Shown here: piece after piece, positions 57,192 through 60,425 of the stretch
How the letters are laid out: each line of letters begins with the position of its first letter
How positions within the stretch are numbered: the stretch's first letter is position 1
Assembly (NCBI GenBank): GCA_026014515.1
Contig: JAOZIG010000286.1
Span: 1-60,425 of the forward strand
From: Candidatus Bathyarchaeota archaeon
GTDB lineage: Archaea; Thermoproteota; Bathyarchaeia; TCS64
DNA length: 60,425 bases
Reading direction: 5' to 3'
Notes under the pieces: generated by a model
What the model was told of the DNA's origin: nothing
The model's database searches: none
Seen by the model: the letters and a program-made list of their open reading frames with translations, nothing else
Made by a program: the position numbers and the translations under genes

Positions 57192-58961
57192 ATGGACCCT
57201 GATGTTTCACCCCTAATATCCGAGCTAGAATCAACAATACCTAAACTAATGGATGAGAACAAGATCAACGGATACAGCGTAGCCATTGTGGGCTCTTCTG
57301 GGCGATTATGGTCCAAAGGTTACGGCTACGCGGATCACGCCTTGAACCCTGTCTCATCAAGCACCAGGTTCATGATTGGAAGCCTCAGCAAAGCCTACAC
57401 AGCGACAGCGTTCCTCAGAGCAGTCCAAGCGGGGCTCGTTGGTCTTGATGACCGGCTTATTGATTATTATCCTGAGTTTAACTGGAAGACGAGATACGGT
57501 GAAGATCAGCGTGGAAAGGTTACTTTTCGTCACTTGTTGACTCATTGGGCTGGGCTTCAGCACAACGCTGATACTAGGTTACCAACAGGAGGCTACTGTG
57601 ATTACCCTGAGTACATGGCTAGAGTCAAACATATGTGGCAAAAGTATCCTGTTGGCACCCGATTCTCCTACTCCAACATAGGATTTGACTTGGTTGCCGC
57701 TGCTCTCCAAGAGATAACGGGAATGAGCTTTGACGACTGGATGCGGGAACAAGTCTACAAGCCACTAGGGATGAAAACGAGTACGACAAGCTCGGTTAAG
57801 GCTCTCAAGGGCTCTGATGTGGCTTGGGGGCATTTCGGTGAGTCCGAGTTTAGCTATATGGACACGATTACTCCTCAGATAGCATCGGGGGCTCAGTACT
57901 GTAGCGTTGATGATATGTCGGGTTTCATCGCTATGCATCTGAACGGCGGCATAGTTGATGGTGAACAATATCTTGATCCCAGTCTTCTCGAGGAAGTCTA
58001 CACCATCCCATACCGAGATATGTACCAGTTGATGGCTATTGGAATGGGTATTGGGGTCAGGCGTTTCAAATACCATGGAGAACTTTTCCTCAGCTTCTTT
58101 GGAGATGGACCGGGGTATCTCTCGCTTCATCAAATGTTCCCTCGTTTAGGCGTCGGTTGGGTGATGTCCTGTAACCAGTCGGTTGACTCTTTCCAGTTGC
58201 TTGGCTCTGTAGCCTCAAAAATTGAGGAGTATATGGTTGAGGCTAAGCTCGGTGAATTACCGCCTAACGTGAATGCTGGTGATCAGATTCCTCAACGTGA
58301 CTCTGTAGTGGTTGATCCTATCCCTCTAGATCGGTTATCTGGGCGATACGTATCGAGGATGAGCAACATCAATGTACAGCATCAGGATGGAACTCTTGGA
58401 TTCCAGTGGCAGGGAAAACCATGCAACCTGAAACCATACTCAGCCACAGAGTACACATCAGAGACAGTTCCACTAATCACCTTTGATTTAGACGAAACGG
58501 GAAGACCATTAACGGTCAAGGTTCTACCCGAGAACGGCTACACCACTGTGTTGGACTATGATGGCGGTCCATCAGACCCAGTTGGACCCGATAAACCAGA
58601 GTGGAGCCAGTACCTTGGCTACTATATGTATGATTACGGTGTTCTCTGCTGGTATTACTCGGTGCAGGTGGTTGATGGTTACCTGTTCCTCTTCACGGGA
58701 CGAGACGGGTTCAGGTTACGAGAACACGAGCCAGATCTCTTCTTCACATCAGACAATCAGAGCGTAGAGTTCACCTCGAACGCTATGATTCTTCCAGACG
58801 GAGTCTACAGACGAGAGAATCCATCATTGGAGAAGCTCATGGAAGCTAAACCAGATGAAATCAGGCTTCACACCTCCAGTCTCAATAGTCTAGTCGGGAT
58901 TCTTACACGTACTGGGCGTATTGAAGAGGCTGAAGAGATCAAGAATACCTTCAATCTTTAA
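57192..58961 (+). CDS. Serine hydrolase (beta-lactamase class C/AmpC-like) with C-terminal domains
   Basis: FMIGSLSK (SxxK), LLTHWAG, FSYSN (YxN), PLGM; no signal peptide. Confidence 0.9.
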   Translation: MDPDVSPLISELESTIPKLMDENKINGYSVAIVGSSGRLWSKGYGYADHALNPVSSSTRFMIGSLSKAYTATAFLRAVQAGLVGLDDRLIDYYPEFNWKTRYGEDQRGKVTFRHLLTHWAGLQHNADTRLPTGGYCDYPEYMARVKHMWQKYPVGTRFSYSNIGFDLVAAALQEITGMSFDDWMREQVYKPLGMKTSTTSSVKALKGSDVAWGHFGESEFSYMDTITPQIASGAQYCSVDDMSGFIAMHLNGGIVDGEQYLDPSLLEEVYTIPYRDMYQLMAIGMGIGVRRFKYHGELFLSFFGDGPGYLSLHQMFPRLGVGWVMSCNQSVDSFQLLGSVASKIEEYMVEAKLGELPPNVNAGDQIPQRDSVVVDPIPLDRLSGRYVSRMSNINVQHQDGTLGFQWQGKPCNLKPYSATEYTSETVPLITFDLDETGRPLTVKVLPENGYTTVLDYDGGPSDPVGPDKPEWSQYLGYYMYDYGVLCWYYSVQVVDGYLFLFTGRDGFRLREHEPDLFFTSDNQSVEFTSNAMILPDGVYRRENPSLEKLMEAKPDEIRLHTSSLNSLVGILTRTGRIEEAEEIKNTFNL

Positions 58962-58995
58962 TCACAGCCTTTTATCTGACCCAGACTAACCATAT

Positions 58996-60351
58996 TTGGT
59001 GTCTAGTCTGCGGATCAGAGAGTTCTTCGTACTTGGTTTGTTACTGTTGGTGTTTACTCCCGTTGTTAGTGGTGGTTATGTTCCATACCGTGAGGAGTAT
59101 GGCATCTACAAGCTTGATATCGAGACCGGTGAAACGCAGCTAGTCTACTCAAGCCCACAGGAGATCACTAACATCGACCTGAGCCCAGATGGAACCAAGT
59201 TTGCGTTATGCATGTACCATGGAGACGGCTACGAGTACTCCGAGATATACACCATGAACATCGACAGCACAGGACTCACACGCCTCACTGATAACACAGG
59301 CTGGGACCTATACCCAAACTGGAGTCCAGATGGCTCCGAGTTCGTGTTTCTCTCATGGCGAGACTCATCCCTTGACATATACAAGATGAACTCAGATGGA
59401 AGTAACCAGAGACTTCTCTACGACTCAGGTGGACATGACGCTGACCTAGACTGGGTTGGCGACCACATCGTATTCACCCGTGACAGCCAGATATGGATGA
59501 TGAACAGCGACGGCTCAGACGTACATCAGCTCACTGATCCCCCGAATGCAGGGGTTTGGGGTGACTCTGTGTTGCCTTTCGGTGACTATGATCCCCGTAT
59601 CAGCCCTGATGGCTCGTTGGTTGTGTTTGAGCGACTGGTTGATGATATGACAGAGCATGGGAACTATGAACTCTTCATAATCGGCATTGATGGTGAGGGC
59701 GAGCATAATATTACTGGTACTGGTTGGACTCAGGGAATCGCCCAGTGGAGCAGCACCGGCGAGGAACTGATCTACTTGGTTAGCGCTATGGGTGAGGAGG
59801 GAAGATACGATATTTTCAAGATTAATGTGGATGGCAGTGGAGTGACTGATCTTACCTCTGAGCATTATCCCCCGGGATTCATAGCACACCACCCGATTTA
59901 CGCTGGCGACGACTCCAATGTATATTTCGTTGGACAGTGGTGGAACTGGGCGGTATTGGACTCAACTTTGACCTGTTCATTATCCAAGAGTACAGCGACT
60001 TTGGGCGATTTCATCATTATATCGTCTGAAGTCCAGCCAGAGATCCACGGTATCGAAGCAAAGATAACCATAACTGAGCCCGAGAGCTCCAAGACAATTG
60101 ATACAGTCATCTTTGAGGATGGCACGTATCAACTCACCTATATTCCCGAGAAGGTGGGTGAATACAGTGTTCAAGTTGAATGGGAAGGCGACCTTGGGCA
60201 CCATGGCTCAACAAGTGCTGCTGTTGGGTTTACTGTTGAGGAGAGACTTCCTTCTGATGAAGGGATTCCCGGATACCCAGTAACCGCTTTACTTCTGGGG
60301 TTAGCAATGTATCTAGTTTCACGTAGACACTCTTATCAGCGGAAAAAATAG
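58996..60351 (+). CDS. TolB-like (PD40) beta-propeller surface protein with Ig-like domain and PGF-CTERM-like anchor
   Basis: Signal peptide, repeated SPDG and IY.MN.DGS units, C-terminal GIPGYP-TM-RR. Confidence 0.88.
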   Translation: MVSSLRIREFFVLGLLLLVFTPVVSGGYVPYREEYGIYKLDIETGETQLVYSSPQEITNIDLSPDGTKFALCMYHGDGYEYSEIYTMNIDSTGLTRLTDNTGWDLYPNWSPDGSEFVFLSWRDSSLDIYKMNSDGSNQRLLYDSGGHDADLDWVGDHIVFTRDSQIWMMNSDGSDVHQLTDPPNAGVWGDSVLPFGDYDPRISPDGSLVVFERLVDDMTEHGNYELFIIGIDGEGEHNITGTGWTQGIAQWSSTGEELIYLVSAMGEEGRYDIFKINVDGSGVTDLTSEHYPPGFIAHHPIYAGDDSNVYFVGQWWNWAVLDSTLTCSLSKSTATLGDFIIISSEVQPEIHGIEAKITITEPESSKTIDTVIFEDGTYQLTYIPEKVGEYSVQVEWEGDLGHHGSTSAAVGFTVEERLPSDEGIPGYPVTALLLGLAMYLVSRRHSYQRKK

Positions 60352-60425
60352 ACTATCTTCTAAGTTGTCTGAAGGTAAACCCAGAATACCCCCAGCGCTG
60401 GTACTATTCCTACTATCCCCGGCTA

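Noticed and set aside
57192..58961. Antibiotic-resistance beta-lactamase
   Set aside because: SxxK and YxN only place it in the broad serine hydrolase family; there is no signal peptide or KTG motif, so a peptidase or esterase is more likely.
892..60283. Many 60-200 aa ORFs nested in or antisense to the called genes
   Set aside because: They are shadow ORFs with no motifs and biased composition, fully overlapping well-supported CDS.
60352..60425. Possible 3' end of a minus-strand gene at the window edge
   Set aside because: It is too short, and no reading frame gave a recognisable product.

Overview
Gene-dense archaeal chromosome segment. Archaeal-type PGK, an XPD-like helicase, a type-A RNase P RNA, TATA-box promoters and an S-layer-like protein support this; Bathyarchaeia is my inference, not a database result. 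It holds about 40 CDS, tRNA-Cys(GCA), tRNA-Pro(TGG) and rnpB. I found no integrase, transposase or CRISPR array. The strongest candidate for an undescribed system is a five-gene locus at 38.6-47.0 kb. It encodes an 890-aa FtsZ/tubulin-superfamily GTPase with intact T1/T3/T4/T7 motifs and a ~450-aa helical insert, a second degenerate FtsZ/tubulin-like protein, a single-pass surface protein, a large polytopic membrane protein with a helical tail, and a PH-like protein. Other items worth checking are a PyrI-PyrE fusion, a metal-ligand-deficient M24/M24/AstE operon with an RBS-occluding hairpin, a membrane-anchored HTH regulator beside 10-bp-phased repeats, a 13-bp motif shared by the S-layer gene and its neighbouring regulator, and a GH172 with an apparent catalytic Glu-to-Gln change. 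All family calls come from motif recognition by eye.
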